From NCBI GenBank assembly GCA_964106915.2, contig OZ066914.1: 64,000 nt of DNA. The stretch is one strand, 5' to 3'. The notes below the pieces were generated by a model that did not search any database, was not told the DNA's origin, and saw only the letters and a list, made by a program, of their open reading frames with translations. A program made the translations under genes and the position numbers. Source of the DNA: Podarcis gaigeae (Eukaryota). Shown piece by piece: positions 23,990 to 36,807 of this stretch. How positions within the stretch are numbered: the first letter of the stretch is position 1; every line of letters begins with the position of its first letter.

Positions 23990-24150
23990 TCCAGAGGGGT
24001 TAGCCAAGTCTATTGGAGAAAAGTCAACATAGTATCTTGTTTCATGTTAAAAGCAAACAGATTTATGATGACATAACATTTATTTGGTCCCTAAATACTT
24101 TTTCCATAATAAATCTTTCAGTCTTTAAGGTATTATAAGACTCTTCTTGT
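23990..24150. mobile_element. Penelope-like relic with inverted sub-repeats
   Basis: ttaaaagcaaacagatttat ... aataaatctttcagtctttaagg..ataagactc resembles a common sauropsid Penelope-derived repeat; degenerate. Confidence 0.45.
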
Positions 24151-27089
24151 TTTCAGTACTTGGTGTTCATTCTGGGGCTGCTTCATGCATAGCTTCTTTT
24201 TCAATATGAAAAAACACCCATGCATCATGGAAAATATGTGCACATACACATACCCTCTTGAATGAGCTCAGTAGCAGTTTTGCTTCAGTTACAGGATTTT
24301 GCAAGCTGTAAGGATGCTTCACACATTGAATCAATGATTTTCATGTAGGAAATAGGATGTGCCAGCAGTACTTCTCTACTATCATGTAGGGAGGAACACG
24401 TGTATGCCTTTTCATTGCAACCACAGTCCTGCTATGAGCTCATGAAGTGAAATAAACATGCATGAACTCTTCACACTTAATAGTGGATATATATCTCCTA
24501 TATGAAAGGGAGATGTGTGAAGCAGCTACAGTCACTCCCAAATATATAAATTCCTTCCAGTAGCACCTTAGAGACCAACTAAGTTTGTTATTGGTATGAG
24601 CTTTCGTGTGCATGCCCACTTCTTCATATAACAAATATAGGTCCCAAATATATGTTATGATTGCAAAACAGGCACATGTGCAATTTTCACCCATGATGGT
24701 GCAGGGGACTGCAGAGCATATGCTATTGTTGTATGTCTGGCTCACAGTAGCAAGACCAATGCACTTTGCTACCTTAAGGTGAAGCACAGGGCTGCCCCCA
24801 CATCAGCCCATAGCATGTACAGAAGCCTATTGGTTCAGGACTGGTAGCTGAATCTTATTTCTGCACTAGCAACAGGACAGTGTCCTCTACTACCCATGAG
24901 AGAATCAGGCTACCTAAGGGGGTGCAGAGTATTCTTGGCGACAAAGTTCTGTCCTCCAAGAATTCACTGCCACTTGCTCACTGCTCCAGCACATGCCCTA
25001 ATGCAACCATAGAGGCCAGCATGCATCATAGGAGCATAGCAATGTAGGCACATCATGCAGAGTGGCTGCCAGAGTGCATGGGCTGGCCCGGCTCCCTGTC
25101 TGCCTGCTTCTGGGTTCAGTGGCTTTTCTGCAGTGATGTATTGGGAGAATGTGACTTGGTGAGACAGATAGCCCAGCTCAGCAGTGGAAGCAGCTGTGGC
25201 TTTCAGTCAGAATGTGTCAGGTTTTCAGCACCAGAGCCAGTAAGGAGAGGTTTTTTGCCCATCCATGTTGCTACTGATAACTTAGTGAGCTCCTCTGAGA
25301 ACCAAAGTGGATATGATGAGGGCATCTGTTTATAGATGTGTCTGTTCTGACCACACATATAAAGGGAGAGTGAATTCTGATTTTAACTTCAAGAAGAATG
25401 TGGGCGAGGGAAATTGGATCCTCCCAGGCAGTGCCTCTCCTATTGCTACAGACACTTTTCATCTTAGGCTGTGTTGGTTTACTCTGACTGCACTGCGCTC
25501 CCAATGCTGGTGCTTGAAGCTGAGCACACATGATGTTAGCCACAATGCATCTGAATCCTGCAGCTTCTTAAGGAATACTCCTGTTTGATGCACTTCCCCT
25601 TAAACCAGCTTCCATTTGATGAGAAAAAAAGAAAGCTGAGGTTAAGCAGAGGGGTGTGCATTGCATATATGCAGCAAAGCGGTGTGGGGAACGAAACCAG
25701 CCAATGTTATCCGGGATGAAGAAACCTCTTCAGTGTACACAGCAATTTAAGAAAGTCAGTTGCAGTGAGGAGGGAAGCTACCTCTCTGCTTTTCAAGGCA
25801 CCAATGTGTACATAGCCATGAGTTGGGCTTCCTTCTGGTATTGGAGCTGGAGAGGGGGAGTGCTTAAGGATGGATCACAGCTCTCAACTATATAAAAAAA
25901 TTAAAATAAGAAAAAATGAATACTGCAGCAGTGATCACCTGTCCAGGTGTGCCTCGGCATGCTGGCTTAGCTGCTAACATGGGGCAGGTTTGCCACTGCC
26001 ACCATAACCTGCCATGCCCTGAGTGGCAATTCCCCACCCCCACCCCAGGTCCCAGGACTATGACCCTGAAATCTAACCCTCACTGCAACACTAGGTCTGG
26101 AAACATGGATTGCAAACACGGCTGCCCCTGTCACATCACATTTGGTTCTCAAAGTGGAGTAGTAAAATCCAAACCATACCGACATCAGTATACACTCTAG
26201 ATCAGCTGGATTAATCCCTTTTATAAGCCTTGCCCCCACATATCACCAACTGTTCTTTGTGTTAAAGGGTGTAGGACAACACTACTTCTGGATCAGCTGA
26301 GAATTTATCCTTTTGTTACCTGCCCCCTCTGCCAGTATTCAAATCGTTCTGGAGGTTATTTACTTATTTATTGATTACAGTTTTTTTGCTTTTGTTTTAA
26401 AACCCACTGGATTCATTTATGCATTATGCACACTACTACTTCAACAGATGTAAAATTGTATATTTCATTCAGGTTTCCTAACTATAAAAAACTTTGCAGC
26501 CTCCATAATTGACTAGTCAAATGGTTTGGCCTTCTCTCCCATTTGCAATAAGGTGTGGTCCTTTTTTTGGTGAATTATTTAAAGGACCCAGGTCTCATAT
26601 TATATACAATAACAAGGTCATTAGCTGCAGTGAGGTAGGTAGAAATGCAGATGTAACCCTCTCTTCAACACACTATCACAGTTTAGTGTGAAACTGAACA
26701 CAGGATGGGGTTACACAGGTTAAGAATCAGGAATGTGAATATGAAAGGTGGAGATGTGAATATAGGAGCAGGCATAAGGTTTAGCCCTCACTTGCTGGTA
26801 TCCCCTTTTATACACACAGAGCCAGACCTACCATTAGGCAGAATGAGACAGCTGCCTCAGGTGGAAGATGTCAGGAGGTAGGTGCACTCCCACCTCCATT
26901 CCCGAGTTTCCTAAGCAAGTTGGTCCTGTAAGCTGTGTATGGTGGAAGATGTTGTCCCACCACCAATGTTGAAAGAAGATTCAGCTGGCAGCCCTGTCAG
27001 GTTTTTGTATGTGGAATGGGTGCATTACCATTTTGTTCTTTGCCTTAGGCAGCAAAATGTTTTTGCCTAGCCCCACTTATATAAGTGAA

Positions 27090-27345
27090 TGCTTGCTAGG
27101 CAAAGTGCTGTATTTGATACTATTGTGGTGAGAGCAAAACATACCCTTCACCTTGACATTGGGTGACCTGGCTCTCACTGAAAAGGGTTCCATTAAGGGT
27201 TGCGGTGCACTTTCCCAGAGATCTCCGAAGTATACTATATACAATAGGGATAATGCTTTTGTGTTCATGTCTGGATGTGGTTTTCCAATAGGCTTCTGCT
27301 TGTCCAATATGGGAACAGGATACTGGACTTGACAGCCTTTGGTCT
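27090..27345 (+). mobile_element. CR1 3' end abutting the assembly gap
   Basis: acaggatactggacttgacagcctttggtct is the CR1 terminal segment, inverted relative to 4129-4432. Confidence 0.55.
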
Positions 27346-27476
27346 NNNNNNNNNNNNNNNNNNNNNNNNNNNNNNNNNNNNNNNNNNNNNNNNNNNNNNN
27401 NNNNNNNNNNNNNNNNNNNNNNNNNNNNNNNNNNNNNNNNNNNNNNNNNNNNNNNNNNNNNNNNNNNNNNNNNNNN
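27346..27476. other. Assembly gap (131 N)
   Basis: Run of N. Confidence 1.
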
Positions 27477-27900
27477 CCAATAACAATAGTTCTCTGGCTG
27501 GTTAACTCTTAGATTACCTGCCACACACTCTGCCCATCATAACCACTAGCATTTTCTTAGCAATTCAAAACATACTCAGCTTTTCTGCTCAACAAAAACT
27601 GCAAGCTCAAGAGGCTGGCTACACATTACACACACCAAGCCAATAAACAGACATGTGTATACTGGGCTCTGATCATTGCACATTCTGGAGCCTCCCCAAA
27701 GAAAGATACAGAAAATGTGGGCACATTGCAGGCAAACCTACAACAAATCAGGGGCCACTGGTCACTTTTATCTGGCTCTCTTTGGTTTATTTCTCCTTAT
27801 CTGCTTTCCTGTGTATTTTCCTGTACAGTTACTTCCAACCTGAGAGAACTTCACAGAGTTCTCAGCAGTAACCAGTTTATGTAAAAGCAGATGAATCACA

Positions 27901-28050
27901 AGGATAGCTCAGTCGGTAGAGCATGAGGCTCTTAATCTCAGCGCCATGGGTTCAAGCCCCAAACTGGGCAAAAGAATCCCATATTGCAGGGGGTTGGACT
28001 AGATGACCCTCATGATCCCTTCTAATTGTACAATTCCATGAGTCTATGAA
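27901..28050 (+). mobile_element. tRNA-Lys(CTT)-derived SINE with CR1-type 3' tail
   Basis: Head ggatagctcagtcggtagagcatgaggctcttaatctcag...ggttcaagccc resembles tRNA-Lys(CTT) but has broken stems. It is followed by ggactagatgaccctc...tctatga (CR1 tail). Inverted partial copies at ~18140-18190 and ~30285-30375. Confidence 0.8.
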
Positions 28051-28971
28051 TCGTGGTCCAAGTTTTTCCAGACTGTTCATGAAAAAGATTCAATTAACAT
28101 GCGAAATGCAGAGTGCCAGGTTAGCAAGTTGTAACAGTATTTCAATACCATATTGACAATCCTGATTTGAGAGCACCCCGTGGATCTCACTAAAAATTGT
28201 GCTCCCATCTCCCTTTGCACAGCTGGATGCTCTTTCCCCTCCTTTCCCAGCAGTTGGTGGCTTGCCAGATTGCCTTTCAAGTGAATTAAAGGGAGGCTTT
28301 TTTGTAACAGTTATATGTACTGCAGTTATTGTATCATTGTTTTTTGTGTTGTGAGTCACTTTGGCACATGCGTGTAGGAAACTGGCACACACAGTTATCA
28401 AAACAGCAAATCCTCACTTGCTTTTCCTGGGTGGGGTGACAGAAGTATGATCTTTAGATAGTACTGGGTCTTCTACACATGCAGCAGAACTACATGGTAG
28501 GACATCAAATGTGGAGGTGGTGAAATGCTCTGTATGACTTCTGGCAACAGGTATGGGACTCTACTTTTGAATACTTCTCCCTGCCCTCCAGTTTGAGCAA
28601 ACTGAAAACAAGAAACTAGCACACCAGAAAAGCAGCACTACAGGCGGAGTGAGGCAGCTGCCTCAGGTGGCGGATTTGGCAGGGAAGCAAAGTGTTATTT
28701 ATTATTGTAAGGAGGGGGAAATGGCCTCCTTTCTTTTTTGCCTTATGTGCCCAAAATTACTTAGGAGAGAGTTAGAGCGTTTGCTTTATGAGCTGAAGGC
28801 TTCAGGCTCAATTTCCACCATCTCCAGGTAGGGCTGAGAGAGATCCTGGTCTGAAATCCTGGACAGCAGCTGCCAGTCTGTGTAGACAATACTAAGCTAG
28901 ATGGACCCGATGGTATGACGCAGTAAAAAGCAGCTTCTTATGTCTGCTTCAGAGAGCAAAATGTATTGGAT

Positions 28972-29102
28972 CAGGGTTTTCCAAATTTGGGTCTGCAGCT
29001 GTTTTTTTGGACTACAATTCCCAACATCCCTGATCACTGGTTCTGCTAGCTATGGATGATGTAGTCCAAAAACAGCTGGAGACCCAAATTTGAGAAACCC
29101 TG
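28972..29102. mobile_element. hAT-type MITE (same family as 8887-9022)
   Basis: CAGGGTTT...AAACCCTG ends; exact 8-bp TSD tattggat. Confidence 0.85.
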
Positions 29103-30170
29103 TATTGGATCGAGGGCGTCACGAACAGTGGTTCAAAACCAGCACTGTTGTGTTGCTGCTCCGGTCTGTTGTTGTTGTTAGCGATCATCTGAAGTGGCCT
29201 AGTTCATTTTGTCACACCGGCACGCCGCCACTCCATTTCTGACACATGTCTCCCCCCTGAGCTAAATCCCCGATAGGGCTGCAGGAGCCTATACTGTATA
29301 CAGGGTTCCCGGAGGGCTAATGGCGAAAAGCGCGGCCGCTTTGGCGCGCCGCAGGTGGCGAGGAGAACAATCCCTTTCATCTGGCGCGGCCCAGGGGGGC
29401 GGGGGCTGGTCCAATACGCGGCTCCTGAAGAGACGGCGAGCGGGAGAGGCGTGTCTCCGCGCTGACGTCAGAGCACCCCGCGCTGCCTATGGAGGACACC
29501 CGTGGCGCACGGCCAGGGCTGCACGACCCACCGCTATGACAACAGTCGGCCGGCCGGATTGACGCGGGCAGGGTGAGTCTCTCTGTGGGAGCAAATGCGC
29601 GCGGCTTCCTTTCATGTGGGGCTGGGGCGGGCCTGTCGCCGGGAGCCTCGTGCGAGCAGGGGAGGGGGAGTAGGCAGGGAGAGGCGGCCACCCAATCGGC
29701 GAGGGGCCCCGGGGGGGCAGGGCGGGGGCGGGGCCGGTGACTGACACCTCCGGGCGCGTGGGGAGGGAAGGGGAAAGTACCTGCAGCTGAGGGAGGTTGC
29801 CAGCGCGTATACGTGCAGGTGGGAGGAATAGTGGTCTCTTCTAAGGGGGGGCGCACGGATAGTGGTCTCTTCCAGAGCAGCCTGTCCTTTGGCCACACGG
29901 GGCTAGTCGACGTCCCCCTCTTCGCATTGGACTGAGTGGAAGAGGGGCCTTGAGCCTTAGGAAGGAGGTATGTCTGGAGCGCCAGGTGCCCCCTAAAAGC
30001 GCCTATTTGTCAGAGGGATCTTGGAAGTTGGTTGCTCTCGGCGCAATGATATTTGAGCATGCCTACCTTGAATGCATCCCCAGCGACTTCTGAATAAGTG
30101 AGCCACGTGTCGGGCCGCTACTACTGCCGTGAAAATGTGGGGAGGGAAGCAGCCTCGGCGCCTAACTTCA
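29100..30170 (+). promoter_or_regulatory. CpG island: probable SLC43A3 promoter with non-coding first exon (donor CAGG|GTGAGT after 29572)
   Basis: CpG-dense; GC boxes (~29397, ~29625, ~29720-29733), CCAAT (29411, 29692), full CRE TGACGTCA (29463-29470), E2F-type TTTGGCGC (29340-29347) and a strong plus-strand donor. It is the nearest island upstream of the SLC43A3 coding exons. Confidence 0.75.
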
Positions 30171-33100
30171 TAGGAAGACATCAGAAAGTTTGACTTGTAC
30201 AGGTGTGTGTGAGCAGTTGGGAGTAGGTTGCTCTGAAAGGTGGTCAAAGAATAGAAGGGAGGTGTTTCTTGCTTTTTGTATCAGAATCGTAGACTTGGGT
30301 CATCTTAGTCCAACCCCCGGCAATGCAGGAATCTTTTGGCCAAAGTGGGGCTCGAACCCATGGCCCTGAGGTTGCCTGAGGTTACATGGATACAGGTAGT
30401 GACTATTCAGAGATGAGAGGCCGGCTACCCGAATAAATTCTGAGCAGACTGGTAGTTGTGAGGAAGTGTTTGTATCCCACGTGTTGTGCATTTATTTAGG
30501 TTTCTTAATTGTCCTGTCTCCAGAGTAAGTGTCATTACTGAAAACAGATGAATAGGCCAAAATCTCCACCCAATATAAAATTCTACAGAAAATTAAAATA
30601 GCCCCCATATCTGTCTCTGCTCTGAAAAGAAAGCCAAACATGCACTATTTACAGCACACCTGGAAATTGTTCCGTGTTGTGGTTTTGGGATGCTGAAAGT
30701 CAACATCCTTGACTAGCATAAGTAGATGTGGAATTCATGGCAGGTCTGGCTCTCTAGAGAAAAGCTGGCAATACTAGCATGTATCCTTTGGAGCAGGTGA
30801 GTACCTGGTGGTGTTCTAGACCCCTGGAACAAGGAGGAAGAGTTTTTGTTGTGAAATATTGAGGTAGGAGGATTCTGGGTAAAGACAGCCCTTGCTCAGA
30901 AGTGGTCTCTGGAATCCCAAGAGAAGCTCTTTAGTGGGAGACAAGTGATTTGTTTTGCTTGCTTTTCAGAGTTGAAGATAGAGTACGCCAATGAGTAGGG
31001 CATATGCACTCATCCCATTGTTATGTCTGACAAACAGGTTTTGCAGCATTTCGTATTGTTTCAACAACTGTTTGACCAGAGGCAACAGTGGGACAAAAGC
31101 AATATGTGAGTACAGTGGGACTTACTCCCTTGTAAGTGTGTGCAGCATAGCAGCCTTATTCCTCTTTTCAAAATCAAAAAAACACTGCCTCCAGCATTTA
31201 TCCGAGGTCCTGTCCACTGTTTGTGGTCCTGAAATGGCAGGCAAGGAGATAATGAAAAGAATCAGTCTTTGTCTGATATCTGCAGACTTCTCTCTTGCCT
31301 CTTTTTCTTGCTCATAAGCAAGAACACATGGTTTTGTGCCCTACTGAGGTCCGCTGAATCATATATTTCGCAAAGTCCTCATTTTATCTTCCACTTGCTC
31401 AATTATTACCTAAAAGTTTATACAGGCCCTGCAGTTTGTGCTGCTCAGGAAATGGACAGTGTCGCCTGTGTCTATGCCTCAGGTGGTCAGAAACTGCACA
31501 GAACCTTGTCTTTTTATCCATTTAACCAAATAGCCAAGCACCTCCCTTTTGTATCGGCAGGAGAACAATTTGCATCAATTACTACTTTCTAATCTATTTG
31601 CTGGGATGAAAATGGAATTAAATGGGAGTATGGTCTATTAGAGCAGTTGTCAATTCCCCTAGACTTGTGTTTCCTTTAGGTCCTGTCCACTGCCCCTGGA
31701 CATTTCTGAATGGACCTTATGCTTCTGAGCACGAGCTAACTTCCCTCTTTGAAAAGAAAAGGAGAAAGCTCTCTCCTGGGATGACCAAGACCTTGAGGAA
31801 ACCACAGGTATAGTTAAATTAGGCAGTGTTTGTTTCTCCTTAGGTCGTATTTTTAAAAACATGTTTCATGGCTACTTGTACATTTACTTGCTTTAGAAAG
31901 CCAGAATGCTGTGAAATGTGCCTGGGCCTTCCCTTCTTCACTCCCTCCTTTGCAGAAACAAGGTGCACTTGGATGTGCAGGCATGCATACACAAGAGTGT
32001 AGTGCATATTATTTAGGTGTGTGGCAGGCTGTGCAAATGTGTGTTCAACTGTTGGTGGTACTAAGTGTAGAGAGAGATAGTTTTGCATTATCCCAAATGA
32101 GTGGTCAGCAAGTGGAACCTGCAACAAAATGTTGCAATGTGGTATGCCAGCTAACCTTTTCTAGGATACTCTGTTCTATTCTCTCTCTTTAACTGTAAGT
32201 CAGCATGTTGTGCCTACTGCCATGCTCAGTCCTCACTGAACATTTCCCCCCTCCCCCCCTGTGTGTGTGTTTACCCCTCATCCCTGTAGGGCTTTCCCTC
32301 TAAATATTTTTCTTGTACTGCTATAAACCTCGGGTTTTCCCCAAACCTGTTTGTGTGTGTGAATGTTGCCATTTTGACTATAAAATCAGTTTGCTATTAG
32401 TTTATAGGTTACATTGTAAAGACCCGTGAGTACAAAACAGTCACACTGACACTACTGAACTGCAACATATTTCCCCCCATTCTATAAACAGAATGCAAGT
32501 GTGGTGAGACAGGGTTGCCATATTTCAAAAAGTAAAAACCAGGATACCCCAAAAGCATTTTTAAAGGAAACCCACAAAATTGTTCTCCCCCTCCCCCCCA
32601 TCAATTCCACCTTTGAAAGCCCTAGGTGAGATGCAAAAGAGGAGAGGGTTTCTGTTGAAAAGGGGATTTCAGCAAGGGGTGAGAAAAGCTCTTCTGTGAG
32701 ATAATTAAAGCTGTAGGCCTTCTTCTCTTTTTCATCTGATAGCCATGACAATATGTTGTAAAATCAGAGTTCCTGTGGAAAGTTTTATTCTTGTTGACCC
32801 AGGAGATGGGGGGGGGGGGGTCTGAAGCTTGGAAAATGTCCTTATCCCCACTCTGCTGTTTGGAAAGTCAACATAGCAGCTGAAATTAGCAACAAGGATA
32901 AAATAAATGAGGCCTGGAGCTAGTCAAGAAGCAAATCCCTAGTGGATTTGACCTTGGCTATCACTGAAGATAAGAGCCATAATAAACTTTGAAGGAGGGT
33001 TAGTTAGTTTGTTTTACTGTGTAGGTCTGATCCCACATCTCAGAATCGCTGAAGGGCAGCAGTAAGGCTATTGCCACCTCTTATTAATTTTGGGTGGATA

Positions 33101-33177
33101 AGATATCTCAGTATTGTCACAGAAAAGGGACTTCCAAGAGTATCACACAACTACTAAAATGTAATTGGAATGAACAG

Positions 33178-33492
33178 TGCAATCCTATATATGTCTCCCT
33201 GGAAGCAAGTGCCACTGAGTTCAGTGCAGTTTGCTTCCATGTAAGTGGGTGTAGAATTGCTGTCTTTGTTGGATATTTTATAGTTTGAATTGACCTTAAG
33301 TCAATTTAGCCCTGTCTTTATACTCCAATCCTAAGTGCACTTACTAGGAATTTAGGTTGTAATATACTCACATACCTGGACATAGGTCTCATTAAAATCA
33401 AGGGTTTACTTCTAGGTAGGCATGCATAGGATTGTACTGCAAGTCTCATTGAGCTCAACAGAATACACTTCGAAGTAGGCCTGCATAGGATC
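33178..33492. repeat. Cluster of short palindromic interspersed repeats (caatcct...aagt...aggattg family)
   Basis: Several adjacent or nested ~80-bp imperfect hairpins; related copies at ~16877, 19834, 20165, 21789, 23390, 31110 and 63330. Confidence 0.6.
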
Positions 33493-34028
33493 CCTCTCTG
33501 CTGATAATTTTGATTGTATTGCTGCCTCTATGAGGAGAATTGATATTCTGCAGAGGAAAAGGGTAGGGCTACTTGCTCAGCTGGTTTAAGACAACAAGAT
33601 TCTCCCTAACCATAATTCTGTCTCCTTAAGGAATTGCTATGTAAATAGAGGTTAGAGAATTCTAACTTTATTTGCAGCACTCTTGCCAAGCTGCAATTCC
33701 CAGGACTATTTTTCAGCAGCCAGACTCACCTCAGCTGGCCAGTTAAAAGGGTATCAAACATACAAGGAGCTGCCATCCCTGTTTGCCGATATTGTGTGCT
33801 ACCCTTCCCCAACACCTCTCTTTACACCTCACCCACCTGTCTCCCCACAGCCCACTTCAAGCCCCTCACCTCCTGCTCTACACCTGCTTTTTAAAGGAGA
33901 GGAGAGGTGCTTCACAGTGTGGCTTGCTAAGTTTGCTGGATTTGAGTTAAATGCTTTGCTGAATCAGAGCCTTTGGTTGTTGCTTAGCAGCATACCTACT
34001 GACCAGCAAGGGCATTTTGTTCAATGCA

Positions 34029-34082
34029 TTTCTACTCATGACCTTCGTGTCCCTCTTTCTACTCATGACCTTCGTGTCCCTC
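34029..34082. repeat. 27-bp tandem duplication
   Basis: tttctactcatgaccttcgtgtccctc x2. Confidence 0.9.
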
Positions 34083-36587
34083 TATTCTGTTTTATGTAGT
34101 TAATTATTCACAAATTGAAAGTGAATTCTTCCCAAACTCAAATCAATTAATGATCTCTTTTTATGTTACACTGCATACATCTTAATGGTTCTGTTCCTTA
34201 TATTAGAATGCTTCAAGGCACCAATTTTTAAATTTTATTTTAGTCTTAACATGATCAGCAACTTTTTTTGACAATCATGTTCTTCTGCCTCAAACACCTG
34301 ACAAGCAGAAAGTCTGCCGGTGATTTTTTAAAAACAAACAAACAAGGAGATACAAGGTGATGAGAAAAAACTTTATCTACTTATTTGCAACATACCTTTT
34401 TACTGTACTTTACTGTACAAATATAGGGTCAGTAAAAAAAGAAAATGGAGACCTGGAAAGCCAGTGATATGGGCAGATGCATAAGAGGGCTTGTACTTCA
34501 TGAGGAGGAGGAGCAAGACTGATTTTGGAGAGAGAGTCTGTCTCTGTAGCACAGAAGGGAGCTCTGTATGGAATGAGAGGACTATGAAGTGTTTCTGAGA
34601 GGGGGAGGTGTGCATTGTAGCACCATGAATAGGCTGTTTATAATCCAAGGAAACCAGTCCCTGGGGTCATATGCTGGACAGTTTTGGTCTGTTCCAGCAG
34701 TGTCATGCTTGGCATTTAATGAGCTAGTCTTTTATATCCAAAAGAGATGTGAATTTGTACTGGCGAAGAGGCTGATGGTAGAGAGTTTGCCTTCAGCCCT
34801 GGTATCCACAAGCTGTACCTCGTTTCCCCTAAAGAGACCATAAACTGTATTCTCCCAGGGTTTGTTTGTTCTGCTTACAGGTCCAAGATTCTTTTTTGGG
34901 GTAAATCTGGGTTGTCTTTCCTCTCTAAATGCAACTTACTATTGTTCTTGTATAAATGATTATCCCCTCATAAACAAGCAAGAGCTTTGTTATGCATAGT
35001 ATAGGAACATCTGAAGGTTTCTGTTAGGGTTGCCAACATTCATACCAAGCCTGTTCCTGACCATTTAACTGCAGTCTAATGAGCAGAAATTTAACAACTT
35101 TTCCTGGCAAGGAGGCAAAAGTAATGAGGAAAGCTCCACTTGGTAACATAGCCTCCCTGCCCCCCTCCCAGGCTACCCCTACCAAGAAGGGAACAGGGCC
35201 CTTAAAAAGTTGGCAACCCAGCATTTCAACATGTCTTACTTGCAATGTAAGTTATGAAATGAAATGAAATGTATGTTCCTACTACTATTTGATTTACACA
35301 ATACAGTACTAACAAAACAGAGAAGTGGAAGAAAATGCTGAAATTATGGTTTGTGGGACACAGCCCAAAAGAAGCATCCCCTCCCCTTCCCCAAAGATGA
35401 CCGAGGAACTGATTCTGCTTCCGTTGGGATTGCTGAAATGCAGTGCACCTGAGTCTGCATTCCTGAATGACTGTCTCAGGTGCATAAGTAGTGGCCTTAG
35501 GGCTTTGTGTGTGCGTGCCTGCGAACATTTAAAATAGAAACAATCAATCTGTATAATGAGGAGCCTCTACTGTAGCTTTCCCAGATAATTCCAGATAATT
35601 TACCACAAAAGTATTCTTGTTTTACAGCCCCACTGACTGTTCATGGTTTAAATGACAGATTACTGTCATCAGCATGTTGCTCTTTATGTCAGACTTAATC
35701 CACTGCTGCTCCTACACCTTGCACACAGATTCTGTTTTACTTTGTGATTAGATTCCTTTCAGTCTTCCTTCCCAGCCGTGCAGCCTTATTACCTCTTCTC
35801 TCTTAGGCTCTTTCTGCAAGCAAAACAATCTGGGTGATTATGATGAATGCATTTCAAACACCTTCCTTGTCTCCCTTCCTCCGCCACCTCTCAAAACTAA
35901 TGGGTGGATCTGGTTAGTTTTTCTTCACTGCTTTATAGCTACAGCCTTTTTGCAACTCAAGACAAAACAGACACCTGCCACATGTATTGGTTAAAATGGT
36001 TTGTACACTAGGATGTTTTCCTGTTCCTTTAGCCCAATTAAAATGGATGTGAGCAGTGATAAAGCATGGTTGTGATGCTATACAACTCCCATGTATTTTA
36101 AAGGGCCTTTCACAACAGAGCCTCTCTATCCGTTGTGACATAATATGTTGGGAGACGGGGGATTTGTGTATCTCCAGATTTTGTTGGACTCCAGTTTCCA
36201 CCAGCTCCAGCCGACATGTTCAGGGATGATGTGTGCTGTAGTCCAGGAACATCTGGATGGCCTCAGGTTTCCCACCCCTGCTCTAGAGATAGTCTCATAA
36301 GTAATTACTGCTAGAAATTACTTGGTTAACAGCAGGCAGATCCATCAGGTTCCAAACATCTTAGGAAAAAGTCATCATTAATGATTCTGTGATATGACAT
36401 ACGTAATTGCATTGGACCTCTCCAAGAGACCATTTTCTTAAGAATTTCTTTTCTGTGCACATTGCCTGTTGATAATCCACACATGTTGTTTAGCTATCTG
36501 TTAACCTGAAAATATATGCACCACAACTGAGATGTTACCCACTCTACAATTTAAACACAGAGTATACACACAACATAAGAGTTTAGT

Positions 36588-36807
36588 TAGGGTTGTCATA
36601 TGCCCAGATTTTCCTGGACATACCCAGAATACTTAAATTGGAAGCAGTGTCTGGGCAGAAATTGGTGAAATGTCCTGGAAAATCCATATGGCAACCCATG
36701 GCAGCAGTGTCATTTTGCTGATTTTTCTTAAAAATAGTTTAAAAATGCAAAAAACACACAACAACTTTTGTGTCTGGATTTTCACCTTTTGAAATGTGGC
36801 AACCCTG
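36588..36807. mobile_element. DNA-transposon MITE with TAGGGTTG TIRs
   Basis: TAGGGTTGTCA...TGGCAACCCTG; gtttagt on both flanks; a similar element lies at ~35026-35220. Confidence 0.65.

Noticed and set aside
27120-27524. ORFs spanning poly-X
   Set aside because: Artefact of the N gap.
27901-27970. Functional tRNA-Lys(CTT) gene
   Set aside because: Acceptor, anticodon and T stems are mismatched, there is no oligo-T terminator, and it runs into a CR1 tail, so it is a SINE.
33178-33492. CRISPR-like or regularly spaced palindromic array
   Set aside because: Irregularly spaced, diverged copies of a dispersed eukaryotic hairpin repeat; no constant repeat-spacer period and no cas genes.
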